A DNA stretch of 64,000 nucleotides, from the NCBI GenBank assembly GCA_965224085.1, contig CBDCYI010000005.1, forward strand, positions 224,001 to 288,000, written 5' to 3'. The stretch is from Candidatus Marinacidobacterales bacterium. GTDB taxonomy: Bacteria; Acidobacteriota; Vicinamibacteria; Marinacidobacterales; SMYC01. The position numbers were made by a program, and so were the translations under genes. The notes under the pieces are model-generated. The model was given only the letters and a program-made list of their open reading frames with translations. It was not told the DNA's origin and ran no database searches. Positions 9,253-21,138 of this stretch are shown in pieces. Position 1 is the stretch's first letter. Each line of letters opens with the position of its first letter.

Positions 9253-12162
9253 TCAGAGAGTTTGCCGGGCCCGCTCTGTGGTGCTGTCTTCGTCCGCCGC
9301 GTCAGAAGCCTTCATGAGACGTACCAGGAAGCTCGTGCCCTTGCCGAGCGAGCTTTCGACATTGATGTGACCGGAATGCTCCTGAATGATCCCGTACGTG
9401 ATCGAAAGCCCCAAACCGGTTCCACTGGAACCCGCTCGCTTCGTCGTAAAGAACGGATCATAGATACGTTTGACATCCTCGAGGCCGATGCCTTGGCCGG
9501 TATCCGCCACGGTGGCAACGACCTCGTCACCGCGCATCGCGGTCGAGAGCGTTAGCCAGCCCCCCGACGGCATCGCATCCTGGGCGTTGAGGATGAGATT
9601 CAAGAAGACTTGCTGCAATTTGTTCTCGTCTCCCATGACTTCGGGGAGAACTTCCGCGAACTCGAGTCTAACCTTGATACGCGAGCGCGTCAGCTGGTGC
9701 TCGAGTAGCGACAAGACGTCACGGATGACTTCGTTGAGCTGAACCGCGACAAAACCCGCGCGGCCTTGCCGGGCAAAGTTCAGAAGGTTGTTGACGATCT
9801 TGGAGGCGCGCTCGGTTTGGCGCTCGATCTTCTCGAGAAGCTTCGATTTCGGATCGTCCTCACCGGTCTGGTCTTGGAGCATTTGGGTGAAGCTGCTGAT
9901 CCCGGTCAAAGGCGTGTTGACTTCGTGGGCGACGCCGGCGGCGAGAAGGCCCAGAGAAGCCATTTTCTCCCGCAGCTTGAGCTGCGTTTCCATCTCGACA
10001 CGCGCGGTCACGTCTTCTAAAATGACGATCGTGCCCTCGGGATCGGCCTTGTCGGTCACAAAGGGCGCGACTTGAAGCTTCACGACTTTTTCCTCGTCGC
10101 GGAGATTCGTCAAGTTCAGGCGCGAGATCCCGCTGGTTTCGGCCCGGCCCCACCACGCCTCGCCCATCGAGGCCCCGAGAGTGTCGCACAATGAGGCAGG
10201 AAAAAGGTCTCCGAAGGAGCGTCCCATCGCTTTTTCACGCGTCAAACCGTAGAGGCTTTCTAGCGCTCGGTTGAAGCGCACCACCCGACCTTCGAGATCG
10301 AGCACCAAGATTCCGGCTTCTAGCGATTCGATGGTGTGCTCGCTGTGCTCCTTGAGCGCTTCGAACTCCTCCGCCTTGCGCTCGAGAGATTGGTACAGCC
10401 GGGCGTTTTCGAGCGCGGTCGCCGCCTGCCCCGAGAGCATCGTGAGCAAATCCATGTCCTCGCTCGATAACGCGCTTTGGTCCCAGCGCCTCCCCAGCAA
10501 GATGACGCCCACGACTTTGTCATGCGAGCGGCATGGGATGGCGTATTGCAGGTTGTCGATGGCGAGACCGTCGCCCTCTTCACCTTTGGCGAAGTTCCTC
10601 ATAGGGTCCCAGTCGAACTCCCCGTAATAGACGGCCTCTCCCGCAGCGAGCCGATTGTAGAGCGGCGAGTCCTCGGCAACCTGAACGCTCTTCCGCTCAT
10701 CGTCGGTGAGACCGAGGCCCGCTTGTAGGCGCAGCGCATCAGCAAACGGGACGAGAAGAGCGACCTTCTCGACTTCGAACGTGTCGCCGATCCGCTCGAC
10801 GAGGCGCGAAGACAGACGATCGAGGTCGAGATGCGCGTTCAAGTCCCGTGAAAAGGCGAGAAGCGCACGGCGGTAGTCGTAACGCTCGCGGTAGAACAAC
10901 CGATCGATAGTGTTTTGGATACGGCTCTTGATGGGCGTAAATAGCAGTACCACGACGATCGCGGACAAGAGCGCGAGAATCGTGCTGTGCTCGTCGCCCA
11001 CCATGTAGTTCGCGCTTGCCAAAAAGATCGCGAGGTAAAGGCCGCCAATGACCGCCGTCGCGAGCGTCAAGACCATCCCGCGCTTGAACAGCACCTCCAC
11101 GTCCATCAAGCGGTACTTGACGATCGCGTAGGCAAACGAGAGCGGGATGAACGCGAGCGGTACGACGGAAAGCTCCATCGTAAGCGTCGGGCTGACCCCG
11201 AACAAGTAGGGCACGGCATAAAACAGCGCGAAAGGCAGCGAGCCGAATCCGGTGCCCCACACGATCCACTTCGTCTGTTTCTTGACGGTGATGCTGCGCG
11301 AGCTCCGATGCGAGCTCACGAAGGCCGCGAAGGCCAGCAGCGACATGAGGGAGCCGAAGGCCGGGATGATCCGGTTAAGGAAGCTGCTCGTGCCCACGAA
11401 GAGTTGAACACCCCAGGTGAAGCTCGAGAAAAAAGCTATCTCGGCAGTTAGGCTCGCATAGAGAAGAACCACAGAAGGAAGGTAAAGCGCCCACAGAACC
11501 AACGGGCGCCTCTCGACCATCGTTTGTTTGGTCGGAAAACAGAGGGCGAAGTGCAAAAAGATTGGCGGGAAGAACAATAGTCCCACGCGATCGATCCAGA
11601 AAAAGGCCGTGTCCCAACCGTCGAGTGCCCCGGTAAAAGAAAAGCCGTAGCCGAGAAACCAGAACAAGCAGAGCAAGTAAAAGTGCGCGGTCGCCGCGAC
11701 CCCGCGACGACGCACGTAGACGACGGTCCCGACGCCGAGCGAGAAAATACCCACAGCCGCGAGAAAAAAGTAAGCGGGAACGTTGCCCTTCGGGAGTGGA
11801 GCGACGATCAGTGCGAGCGCCTGTCGCTCTTGCTCGCGGATGATCTGATAGGCGAGCTCCTCACCGTCGCGCGAAGCGTCGAGCGCCCGGCGCACGTCTG
11901 ACGCCGCCACCACGGGCTCGTTCGCGAGCAACACGAGAACGTCCCCGACACGAAGCCCGGCCCGTGACGCTGGGCTGTCGGGATCGACGCGTTTCGCATA
12001 GACGCGGCCTAGATGGTCGTCCCAAAAAACGCCGTCATCGAGACTTTGGAACCCGGACTTGAGCTGGATGTTATGGAGCGAGAGCGCGAGCAGGATCGCG
12101 CTCGTCAGCAAGACGAGCGGAATTTTCCACGATCCGGAATCACGCTGCGCCACGTTGGTCAT
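9253..12162 (-). CDS. Membrane sensor histidine kinase (PDZ, multi-TM, GAF, PAS, HisKA, HATPase)
   Basis: PDSPASRAGLRVGD PDZ motif; many hydrophobic segments; AHEVNTPL H-box; QVFLNLILNA; DTGQGI; PFFTTK; GTGLGL. Confidence 0.93.
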   Translation of the reverse strand: MTNVAQRDSGSWKIPLVLLTSAILLALSLHNIQLKSGFQSLDDGVFWDDHLGRVYAKRVDPDSPASRAGLRVGDVLVLLANEPVVAASDVRRALDASRDGEELAYQIIREQERQALALIVAPLPKGNVPAYFFLAAVGIFSLGVGTVVYVRRRGVAATAHFYLLCLFWFLGYGFSFTGALDGWDTAFFWIDRVGLLFFPPIFLHFALCFPTKQTMVERRPLVLWALYLPSVVLLYASLTAEIAFFSSFTWGVQLFVGTSSFLNRIIPAFGSLMSLLAFAAFVSSHRSSRSITVKKQTKWIVWGTGFGSLPFALFYAVPYLFGVSPTLTMELSVVPLAFIPLSFAYAIVKYRLMDVEVLFKRGMVLTLATAVIGGLYLAIFLASANYMVGDEHSTILALLSAIVVVLLFTPIKSRIQNTIDRLFYRERYDYRRALLAFSRDLNAHLDLDRLSSRLVERIGDTFEVEKVALLVPFADALRLQAGLGLTDDERKSVQVAEDSPLYNRLAAGEAVYYGEFDWDPMRNFAKGEEGDGLAIDNLQYAIPCRSHDKVVGVILLGRRWDQSALSSEDMDLLTMLSGQAATALENARLYQSLERKAEEFEALKEHSEHTIESLEAGILVLDLEGRVVRFNRALESLYGLTREKAMGRSFGDLFPASLCDTLGASMGEAWWGRAETSGISRLNLTNLRDEEKVVKLQVAPFVTDKADPEGTIVILEDVTARVEMETQLKLREKMASLGLLAAGVAHEVNTPLTGISSFTQMLQDQTGEDDPKSKLLEKIERQTERASKIVNNLLNFARQGRAGFVAVQLNEVIRDVLSLLEHQLTRSRIKVRLEFAEVLPEVMGDENKLQQVFLNLILNAQDAMPSGGWLTLSTAMRGDEVVATVADTGQGIGLEDVKRIYDPFFTTKRAGSSGTGLGLSITYGIIQEHSGHINVESSLGKGTSFLVRLMKASDAADEDSTTERARQTL

Positions 12163-12361
12163 TCACTTCTCGATACGATTCTTCGTACGCTATCCTACTT
12201 CCTAATAGCAAGTTCTATACCGGGTTCCCGTCGACTGCCGATAATCTAAATCACTCAATTAGAACAAGTTAACGTTCGCATCCAAGGCAGTCGCCGACAC
12301 GAATCCAGAATAATGGATACGGAATCCAAAAACAAGGATCGTGAGGGGGTGAGAGGCGGCG

Positions 12362-14158
12362 CTAAAAGCGAACGGTTACGCCGCCCAATACGCGCCGGGG
12401 AGCGTGGATGACGGCCATCTCGTCCAAAAAGGACGCGCTTTCGAAGTCTTCGTAGAACAGGTTCCGCAAAGCCACCATGACCTCCCAGCTCGTGCCGTCC
12501 CAGCTGACGAATGGAAGTAGCTGATAGACTTGGATGTTGAAGCGAGAATCGCGCTTCGAGCTCGTCGCAAATCCCTGGCCGCCGGGCGCGAAGGTCGGAT
12601 GGCTGATGAATCGATAAGCCGCTTGAACGCGCGTCTGCGTGCGGTCGATGGACGTGGCCACTTGAGTGGTCAGGTCGTGGATTTCGTCGTCGGGTAAAGC
12701 CGCAGCGCCGCGCCGCGGCGTGAGCGCGCTCCCCATGCCGAACGTGTAGGCTACCGAGCCTTCCGTGGCACCAAAGCTCTGGGAAAGGGATAGGCCAACG
12801 CCCCGGGTGCGAAAATCACCTTGGTTTCGGACGGTGAAATGCCCGGCACCCTCCATACTCGCATGGTCTTTCGTATAAACCTTCGCGAGTTGATCGGCGG
12901 CGTTTTCCTGGAACATGCGAACGGCCACCCGAGTTCGCTGGCTCAGCTGCCGCTCGAGACCGAGCTGGACACTCGCCGTGCGCTGACCCTTGAGAAACGA
13001 GCGTTTCGCCGGCGTGGGACCGTAGACATCCGAAAAAGCCACCTGCGACAACAGGCCAATGTCCTCACCGCCCGGTGCAAGAACGCGATAGTCGACCGAT
13101 CCGCGAACGACCGTCCGTGAACCCGAGCCTACAGGATAGGCGAGCTCCATCCGCGGGGACACATAACCTGACTTGTCCAGAAAACTGTAATGCTCGTACG
13201 CAACTCCCGCGTGAACCGAGGCGGAGCCGATCTCGAACGTATCCGATGCGTAAGCCGAGCCAAACCACTCGATGGAACGTGCGCCCATCTGGCGAAACGA
13301 GAGCGCTGCTTCCGGCGGGCGGAAATCGTCGAGATCTCCGTAAAGGTAGTTGCCGTAGGTCACGCCCGCCGAGAGCTGATGGTTACCCGCGGTTGCTTTG
13401 GAGTACTCGGCTCGACCGGCCCAAGAAGAAAGGGCCGACTCGAGCACTTGCGCGCTGACAAGCCAGTGACCGTTCTGGTTTTCGTTCGGGATGAACAGAC
13501 GCGCGTAGGCGAGCCGACCGTCCAATCCAGCACCGGCGCCTGGAAATTCGTTGAGCCCGTCGTCGAAGGCGGCCACGCGCACCCCGAACTCCCCTCCAAT
13601 CGAGGCTTCGCGGAACGCGAGCTCGGTCCCCCCCCCAAAATCGTCGAGCTCGAGCGCGACACTGGGGATGGACCATTCTTCATCTCGCAATAGGTTGCGA
13701 TCGGCGTGCTGCAACAACCAGCGCAGCTCCGCCAGAGCGCGCTCGCGGCCGGCTTCGACTGGCGGCTCCGACCCATCGCTCCCATCCGTTGTCGTCAAGC
13801 TCATCATGATCGAGCCGACTTGCTCCATCCCCTCTTTGATCACGACGCGCGCATAGGCGGAAGGCAGAAATCCCGAAAGGTAGGCGCGCAGCCGGTAGAT
13901 ACCCGGAGGCATCGCACTCACTTGGAACTGTCCCGCCTCGTCACTCACGGCGATGAGGGCTCCCCGGGCCAGGTTCTTGCCGAACACCGAGATCACAGCG
14001 CCGACGAGAGGCTCCCCGACCTCGTCCTGGACTTCGCCTTGGAGCTTGATAGTGAAGCGCGACGGGCCTTCAGCGGAAGCCACCCCGGGCCCGAAAGCCC
14101 CGGGCCCGAAAGTAAGACCCAGAACACTGCAGAAGAACAGGCAGCGCGTATTCGTCAT
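12362..14158 (-). CDS. Outer-membrane TonB-dependent-receptor-like protein with N-terminal carboxypeptidase-regulatory domain
   Basis: Signal peptide after ATG 14158; LQGEVQDEVGEPLVGAVI domain; amphipathic beta-strands; C-terminal PRRVLGGVTVRF beta-signal. Confidence 0.7.
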   Translation of the reverse strand: MTNTRCLFFCSVLGLTFGPGAFGPGVASAEGPSRFTIKLQGEVQDEVGEPLVGAVISVFGKNLARGALIAVSDEAGQFQVSAMPPGIYRLRAYLSGFLPSAYARVVIKEGMEQVGSIMMSLTTTDGSDGSEPPVEAGRERALAELRWLLQHADRNLLRDEEWSIPSVALELDDFGGGTELAFREASIGGEFGVRVAAFDDGLNEFPGAGAGLDGRLAYARLFIPNENQNGHWLVSAQVLESALSSWAGRAEYSKATAGNHQLSAGVTYGNYLYGDLDDFRPPEAALSFRQMGARSIEWFGSAYASDTFEIGSASVHAGVAYEHYSFLDKSGYVSPRMELAYPVGSGSRTVVRGSVDYRVLAPGGEDIGLLSQVAFSDVYGPTPAKRSFLKGQRTASVQLGLERQLSQRTRVAVRMFQENAADQLAKVYTKDHASMEGAGHFTVRNQGDFRTRGVGLSLSQSFGATEGSVAYTFGMGSALTPRRGAAALPDDEIHDLTTQVATSIDRTQTRVQAAYRFISHPTFAPGGQGFATSSKRDSRFNIQVYQLLPFVSWDGTSWEVMVALRNLFYEDFESASFLDEMAVIHAPRRVLGGVTVRF

Positions 14159-14298
14159 GGTCGCATCCCACAAGTGGGCGCCTCCGCCGATTCTATGCGT
14201 ATGGGACTCCACAGCTTGAAAGGATATGAAGGCAGATCCATACCCAAAGACACTCCCGTCGTCATTCGATAAAATACCCCACTGCTGACCTGTTTTGA

Positions 14299-15651
<1,353 letters not shown>

Positions 15652-15670
15652 GAGCTGAAGACTGAAGGTT

Positions 15671-15970
15671 CTACTTCTCTTCGTCTATCGCGATTTTTAG
15701 CGAGCGGAGAAATTTCCGGTCGAGCGTGCTCATCCGAAATTGCGCGTCGCTTTCATTGACAACGCCGGCAACTTCCTCGACTTGTTTTTGATCGAGCTCG
15801 CCGACGGGAGCGAAAGCGAGAGTTGCCTGCAATACGAGCGAAAGCTCATAGCCCTGATCGCGAACCCGCGTCAAGCATTCTTCGACTTGCGGCGAGCTTG
15901 AGATGGCCTGTTCGATACTCTTCTCGAGGTTCTGAACCAGCCGCAGGAGCTTCTCGTTACCTTGTTGCAA
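15671..15970 (-). CDS. Small hypothetical protein
   Basis: Plausible composition (LEKSIEQAISSSPQVEECL...DRKFLRSLKI); convergent with eno; start uncertain. Confidence 0.65.
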   Translation of the reverse strand: MQQGNEKLLRLVQNLEKSIEQAISSSPQVEECLTRVRDQGYELSLVLQATLAFAPVGELDQKQVEEVAGVVNESDAQFRMSTLDRKFLRSLKIAIDEEK

Positions 15971-16047
15971 AAATTGGCCTCGCGTATAGACCCATACGCC
16001 TAAGCCGGATCATAGCAAACAAAAAGCGCGGACGCATGCTCCGCGGT

Positions 16048-16374
16048 TCAGAACAGGAGCGCTTCAACGTGGTCCTCCACGTGCCACACATAAGTGAAGC
16101 GTGGGAAGAAATTCATGAACAGCTCGTAGCGGACGTCGATAATCGTCTTGCTCTGCTCCTGGTCGCGCGTAACGTGGAGGTTCTCCGAGACCACAACGAT
16201 GCTACGGCTCGCGGCAGCGTCCATAACTTTCTGGCGCAGAACAGAGGCGTCCTCTAGCACAGGAGAGTTCGCGATGACCGTGAGCTCGTTCAAGAAGCTG
16301 AAGCGCGCGATGACGGCCGGCGTGGCCTGAAACACGAGATAAGCGACCAGACAAAGGAAGGTGAGCTCGATCAT
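16048..16374 (-). CDS. Hypothetical single-TM protein (pilin/DUF4845-like)
   Basis: N-terminal hydrophobic helix IELTFLCLVAYLVF followed by a small alpha/beta domain; start uncertain. Confidence 0.55.
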   Translation of the reverse strand: MIELTFLCLVAYLVFQATPAVIARFSFLNELTVIANSPVLEDASVLRQKVMDAAASRSIVVVSENLHVTRDQEQSKTIIDVRYELFMNFFPRFTYVWHVEDHVEALLF

Positions 16375-16645
16375 GGTTCTCACCCGGATAGCACCCGTAT
16401 GACTTTTAGTGCTCCGAGCAGACCGAGCGCGGGTGCAGATACCGTTTTTCAGCAGCCTGCTAGCGCGACTCTGCATATTGACCCTCTCCCAGAGCAACTA
16501 GACAGACTAGTCGAATTCCTGGGTGAATCTGTTGATTCTAGTGATCACGGGCGAGTAGGGAAAGCACTTTTATGGCGTCGTGGTATCGTCGCCCAGTGCT
16601 CGGAACTCCCAAGTCACGGATTCCGTTAAGTTCTCTGAGTACAAC

Positions 16646-17490
16646 ATGACGTTACTACGCGCACACGACCTCACCGTTCGATACGGCAACAAAGAGGCGC
16701 TCACTTCTCTCTCGCTCGATCTCGACGCGGGTGTGATCGGCCTTTTAGGACCGAACGGAGCTGGCAAGTCCACGCTTCTCAAGACGCTCCTCGGCTTTCT
16801 CGAGCCGAGTCGGGGAAGTGCCGAGGTCCTCGGGCTTCCGATTGGCAAAAGCGGCCATTCGCTCCGCCAACGCTTGGGCTATTTTCCGGAGCGTCCCGTC
16901 CTCGTTCCCGGTTTGACCTCAATCGAGACGGTTGCGCTCGCGGGCGAGATCGGCGGCCTCGCACGGACGGATGCGCTCGCGCGAGCGCATGAAGTTCTTT
17001 GGTTCAGCGGGCTCGGCGAAGCCCGCTATCGCCTTGTCGAGGAATTCTCGACGGGCATGCAACAACGAACGAAGCTCGCGATGTCGCTCGTACACGATCC
17101 TGACTTCGTCTTGCTCGACGAGCCGACGAGCGGTCTCGATCCGGTGGGACGCCGGCAGATGCTGGACCTCGTGCGGGAGATCGGTGAACGCGGCGTCTCC
17201 GTCCTACTTTCCACCCACCTTCTTCACGACGTGGAGAGCGTCTGCGACAGCGTCGTGCTCCTGGACAAGGGTAAGCTCGCGCTTCAAGGCAGGCTGTCCG
17301 AGCCGAAACAGCACCCCGGATGGGTCTACGAAATTCGCGTCCGGGAGGACGAGCCGGGCGCTTTCCGAGACGCGCTCGCGGGGCGCGGGCTTCCGATCGA
17401 AGAAGATCAGGACGGACAGCTCCGCATTACGCTCGAGGAGCGCCCTACGCGCTTTCTGTTCGAAGTTGCGCGCGCTTCCGGGGCCGAGAT
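16646..17490 (+). pseudogene. ABC transporter ATP-binding protein, 3' end replaced by IS5 element
   Basis: GLLGPNGAGKST, FSTGMQQR, LLDEPTSGLD, STHLL. The native C-terminus is cut at the IS IR (17491) and the frame reads into the IS to 17560; no permease follows. Confidence 0.85.
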
Positions 17491-18577
17491 TGCCTTGGTG
17501 CACAACTCGCGATCTCGGTCCACAATTGTCCTGTACTCGCGGATACGAGGTTCCCCATGAGCATTTTCAAACGCACTCAGCGGAAGTATGTGAAGAAGGC
17601 CTATCGCGTGAGGAATTGGCGTGAATATGAGGCGGGTCTACGCAACCGCGGGAGCCTGACCGTCTGGATCTCGCTCACCGCCGGCAAGCTTGTGAACTGG
17701 GACGCGCCCCGGCCAAGGAGGAGGAAACCGGGCCGTCAACGCAAGTACTCGAACCACGCCATCGAGACGGCTGTCACCCTGGGCATGGTGTTTCATCTGT
17801 CGTCTAGGCAGAGCGAGGGATTGCTGCGATCGTTGTTCGCTCTGATGAAGCTAGACAATGATGTGCCCGATCACACCACGATCTCGAGGCGCAAGGCGAA
17901 GCTGGGTAAGGTCCCCTTCTACCAAGACAAGCAGAAGACGCCGTTGCACATCTTGTTCGACAGCAGCGGTCTCGCTGTCCACGCCGGCCAGCTGCGCAGA
18001 GCACCAAATAGCAGGGACTATCGCAAGCTCCATCTGTGTGTCGACGAGCAGAGTGGCGAAGTCGTCGCCGGCGAGCTGACGAGCAAAAGAGCCCGCGATT
18101 CATCGCGGGTTGCATCGCTTGTCGGACAGAGCGACAGTCCCATCTCATCGGCCAGAGCTGACACCGCATACGACGCCAGCGGCGTCTATGAGGCAATCGA
18201 GAATCACAGCGCTCATCGCTCGCCGAGGGTGCTGATACCGCCGCGCAAGGGCGCCCTGCTCGCATCGGGGCCGGCGAGCAGCCGACAGCGCAATCGCAAC
18301 ATTGCAGCACAAGCTCGGCTCGGCAAACGAAAGTGGCACACAGAATCGGGCTACAGCAAACGGAGCAAAGTCGAGACAACGTTCCATCGCTACAAGGCTA
18401 TCGTGGGCTCAGCGATGCGAGCGAGAGGGTTGGCGGCACAGAGAGTCGAGGCAAGGATCGGGTGCAAGATTCTCAACACCATGACGGCGCTCGGGATGCC
18501 TGATAGCGAGATGATCGGATGATGGGAGTCGGGGCCAAGCGAGCTCTCGGCCTCTATCGGAGTTGTGCACCAAGGCA
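17491..18577 (+). mobile_element. IS5-family (IS903-like) insertion sequence
   Basis: Perfect 18-bp terminal IRs TGCCTTGGTGCACAACTC (17491-17508) and GAGTTGTGCACCAAGGCA (18560-18577); no flanking direct repeat. Confidence 0.93.
17557..18522 (+). CDS. IS5-family (IS903 group) transposase
   Basis: YRVRNWREYEAGLRNRGSLTVW, PDHTTISRR, DSSGL, RKLHL, ADTAYD, SGYSKRSKVET; RBS GAGG before ATG 17557. Confidence 0.93.
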   Translation: MSIFKRTQRKYVKKAYRVRNWREYEAGLRNRGSLTVWISLTAGKLVNWDAPRPRRRKPGRQRKYSNHAIETAVTLGMVFHLSSRQSEGLLRSLFALMKLDNDVPDHTTISRRKAKLGKVPFYQDKQKTPLHILFDSSGLAVHAGQLRRAPNSRDYRKLHLCVDEQSGEVVAGELTSKRARDSSRVASLVGQSDSPISSARADTAYDASGVYEAIENHSAHRSPRVLIPPRKGALLASGPASSRQRNRNIAAQARLGKRKWHTESGYSKRSKVETTFHRYKAIVGSAMRARGLAAQRVEARIGCKILNTMTALGMPDSEMIG

Positions 18578-18704
18578 GCGTTGCGCCAGTGACGCCTCGT
18601 CCGGGACCCGGCATTCTGACGAGCGATGAATTTATTTATCAGCGGCGAGACAGTTGATCGGCCGTAGCGATCTTGCCGGCCTACAATTCGCTTCGTTTAG
18701 TCAC

Positions 18705-18733
18705 TTGCACACAACGTGCTCTGATTCTAGAAT
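18705..18733 (+). promoter_or_regulatory. Putative sigma-70 promoter of the LysR gene
   Basis: TTGCAC-N17-TAGAAT about 33 bp upstream of the ATG. Confidence 0.55.
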
Positions 18734-18765
18734 GGGCTTCGTATCGATCTCATTTTGGAGGCAGG

Positions 18766-19731
18766 ATGGAACTCCTACCACTGGAGCACTTCATAGCAGT
18801 CGTCGAGGAGAGATCCTTCTCTCGGGCGGCCGAAAAGGTCCTTCGAACGCAGCCGGCGGTCAGCCAGAGCATCAAAAAGCTCGAAGAGGAGATCGGAACT
18901 CCTCTCTTTGCGAGGGATACGCCCGAGCTTGCCTTGACCGAGGCCGGCAAAGTCCTGCTTGACTATGCGCACCGGATGCTCAGTCTCCGCTACGAGGCCT
19001 TCGACGATTTGGCGCAATTGAAAAGCTTGAACGGCGGCACAGTCACGATCGCCGCGCACGAGTCCGCCGCACATTATCTCCTGCCCAGTGCGCTGCGAGA
19101 CTATGCGAAAAAGTTCCCCAGAATCAAAATCGAGCTTCACGGCACTCCGGTCAGCGAAATCTCGGAGAAAGTGTTGGAACGGGAGGTCGACCTGGGTTTC
19201 GTCGTCGAGAAACCCGCCTTCCATGAGCTTCGCTCGGTACCGGTCTACTCAGACGCGCTCATTCTGCTCGCCCCGGCCAGTCACCCGCTGGCCGGGCAGC
19301 GGACCGTTTGCTTCGAGGACCTCGAACAAGAACCTCTCGTCGTGCACAACCGTTGCAAAAGTATCTTAAGCATGACGATGCAGCTATTTCGCCGGAACAA
19401 CATACCCTTCCGAGTCGCTGTCGAGCTGCCAAGCTTTGAGTGCATGAAGACTTTCGTTCGAGAAGGTGTGGGACTGGCAATTTTGCCCCGTCTAGCAGCG
19501 CTTCGAGAATTGCGAGAAGGCACGTTGGTGGAGATCCCGTTGCAGGGCCTCGACATCGAGAGGCGAACTTTCATGATAGATAGGGATGAGCGCTACCTGT
19601 CGCACCCAGCACAAGAGTTCCGCAAACTCGTGAAAGCCTTCGTGAACGTCGCCTCGTGCAGCGAAGCGCATCGCGACGAGGCAGTACTAGCTTCCTTGTA
19701 CGACACCGAGAGAGAAATCGCCCACAAATAG
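18766..19731 (+). CDS. LysR-family transcriptional regulator
   Basis: FIAVVEERSFSRAAEKVLRTQPAVSQSIKKLEEEIGTPLFAR HTH plus substrate-binding domain; RBS GGAGG. Confidence 0.96.
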   Translation: MELLPLEHFIAVVEERSFSRAAEKVLRTQPAVSQSIKKLEEEIGTPLFARDTPELALTEAGKVLLDYAHRMLSLRYEAFDDLAQLKSLNGGTVTIAAHESAAHYLLPSALRDYAKKFPRIKIELHGTPVSEISEKVLEREVDLGFVVEKPAFHELRSVPVYSDALILLAPASHPLAGQRTVCFEDLEQEPLVVHNRCKSILSMTMQLFRRNNIPFRVAVELPSFECMKTFVREGVGLAILPRLAALRELREGTLVEIPLQGLDIERRTFMIDRDERYLSHPAQEFRKLVKAFVNVASCSEAHRDEAVLASLYDTEREIAHK

Positions 19732-19827
19732 ATCGAACGCCAGCCGGTCGTGGCTCATGATCTGGCCTTTGTTACCTAACCGCCATGCTCCGTGTACTCA
19801 TTTTCGTCGTCTCTGGAGGCACAAAGC

Positions 19828-21138
19828 TTACCCACTAGAAGCTGCCGGAAAGTTTTCGACCGCCCGCTCGAAACGGTCCATGCCCCCTTCTATCTGTTCG
19901 ATACTCGGACAGAAGCTGACGCGAAGGTGTCCCTCCCCGCTCGGGCCGAACTGAAACCCGGGCACCACCAAGACGCGTCCTTCGCTCAGCAGATGAGCGG
20001 CTAGATCGAGGGACGCATGGCCCAGCTCCCGGATATCGGGGAACACGAAGTACACTCCCCGGGGCACATTGCAGTGGATGCCGGAGATACGGTTCAGGCG
20101 TCTTATCAGGTAATCCCGCTTCGCCTGAAGGTTGGCCGTACTGTCCTTCAGCCATGGTGTCATGTCGCCGGTAAGGACGGCATGGGCAGCGCGCTGGCCA
20201 ACCGCCGGGCAGGCCTGAGTGGAGAAGCGCAGAAGGCTATGCATGTGGTCCATGATCGCTGCCGGGCCGACCATATAGCCGATTCGATATGCTGTCATTG
20301 CGAAAGGCTTGGAAAAGGAGTAACCGGTGATGGTTCGCTCCTTCATGCCCGGCAGCCCGGCGATACTGTGATGCCTTACTCCACCGAACAACGTCTTCTC
20401 GTACTCCTCATCGGAGAAGACCCAGAAATCCAGCGTCCTGGCGAGGTCGGCAATCTGCTCGAGCTCTTCCCGGCTATAGACGATCCCGGTCGGATTGTTG
20501 GGGTTGCTCATAACCAACAGTTTGGTCTTGGAAGTTGCGCGTCGTGCCAGCTCATCGAAGTCAAAGTACCACTCCGCATCATGGCGCTTGAGCGGCACCG
20601 GCACCACCCGGCCGCCAGTCAAGTGAATCGCCGGCGCGGTGCTAGAGTACTCGGGATCAAAGAGGAGGACCTCATCGCCAGGGTCGACCAGAAGGCGGAA
20701 GGTACTGTCGATGACCTGTTGGCAGCCGATGGTAGGCAGGATTTCGTCATCGGGATCCGCCAGGATGCCGTTTTCGCGTTCCAGCTTGCGGGCAATGGCT
20801 TGGCGCAGGTCACGGTAGCCCTTGACACCGGGATAGTGCGGGTACGCCTCGACGGCGTCCCGCGCGGCATCGCGTACGAACTCCGGTGGCAGCATGTCGC
20901 CGATGGTGCCGCCCGAGAGGCTGATCACCCCGCCGAGCTCCTCGGCCGAATCGCCCAGATAGCGAGCGGACGCGACGGGGTTCGGCCCACCATGCCCTTG
21001 GTAGGTTGGCTTCGAAGTGGTGTCCTTCATGCGCTTGGCCAGCCAAGGCAGCTCCTGGGCGCGAGCCATTCGCTCCTTTCGGATGGTGCTTTTGCTTTGC
21101 TTCATCAGTCCCCGGTAGCAGGCCTGAACACCAGACAT
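19828..21138 (-). CDS. Class I/II PLP-dependent aminotransferase
   Basis: SNPNNPTG, SDEEY, SFSKPFAMTAYRIGY (PLP lysine), HLRVSF; the start may be somewhat downstream. Confidence 0.93.
   Translation of the reverse strand: MSGVQACYRGLMKQSKSTIRKERMARAQELPWLAKRMKDTTSKPTYQGHGGPNPVASARYLGDSAEELGGVISLSGGTIGDMLPPEFVRDAARDAVEAYPHYPGVKGYRDLRQAIARKLERENGILADPDDEILPTIGCQQVIDSTFRLLVDPGDEVLLFDPEYSSTAPAIHLTGGRVVPVPLKRHDAEWYFDFDELARRATSKTKLLVMSNPNNPTGIVYSREELEQIADLARTLDFWVFSDEEYEKTLFGGVRHHSIAGLPGMKERTITGYSFSKPFAMTAYRIGYMVGPAAIMDHMHSLLRFSTQACPAVGQRAAHAVLTGDMTPWLKDSTANLQAKRDYLIRRLNRISGIHCNVPRGVYFVFPDIRELGHASLDLAAHLLSEGRVLVVPGFQFGPSGEGHLRVSFCPSIEQIEGGMDRFERAVENFPAASSG

Noticed and set aside
17320-17556. N-terminal extension of the IS5 transposase in the ORF track
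   Set aside because: Starts outside the IR within the ABC gene; the RBS supports ATG 17557.
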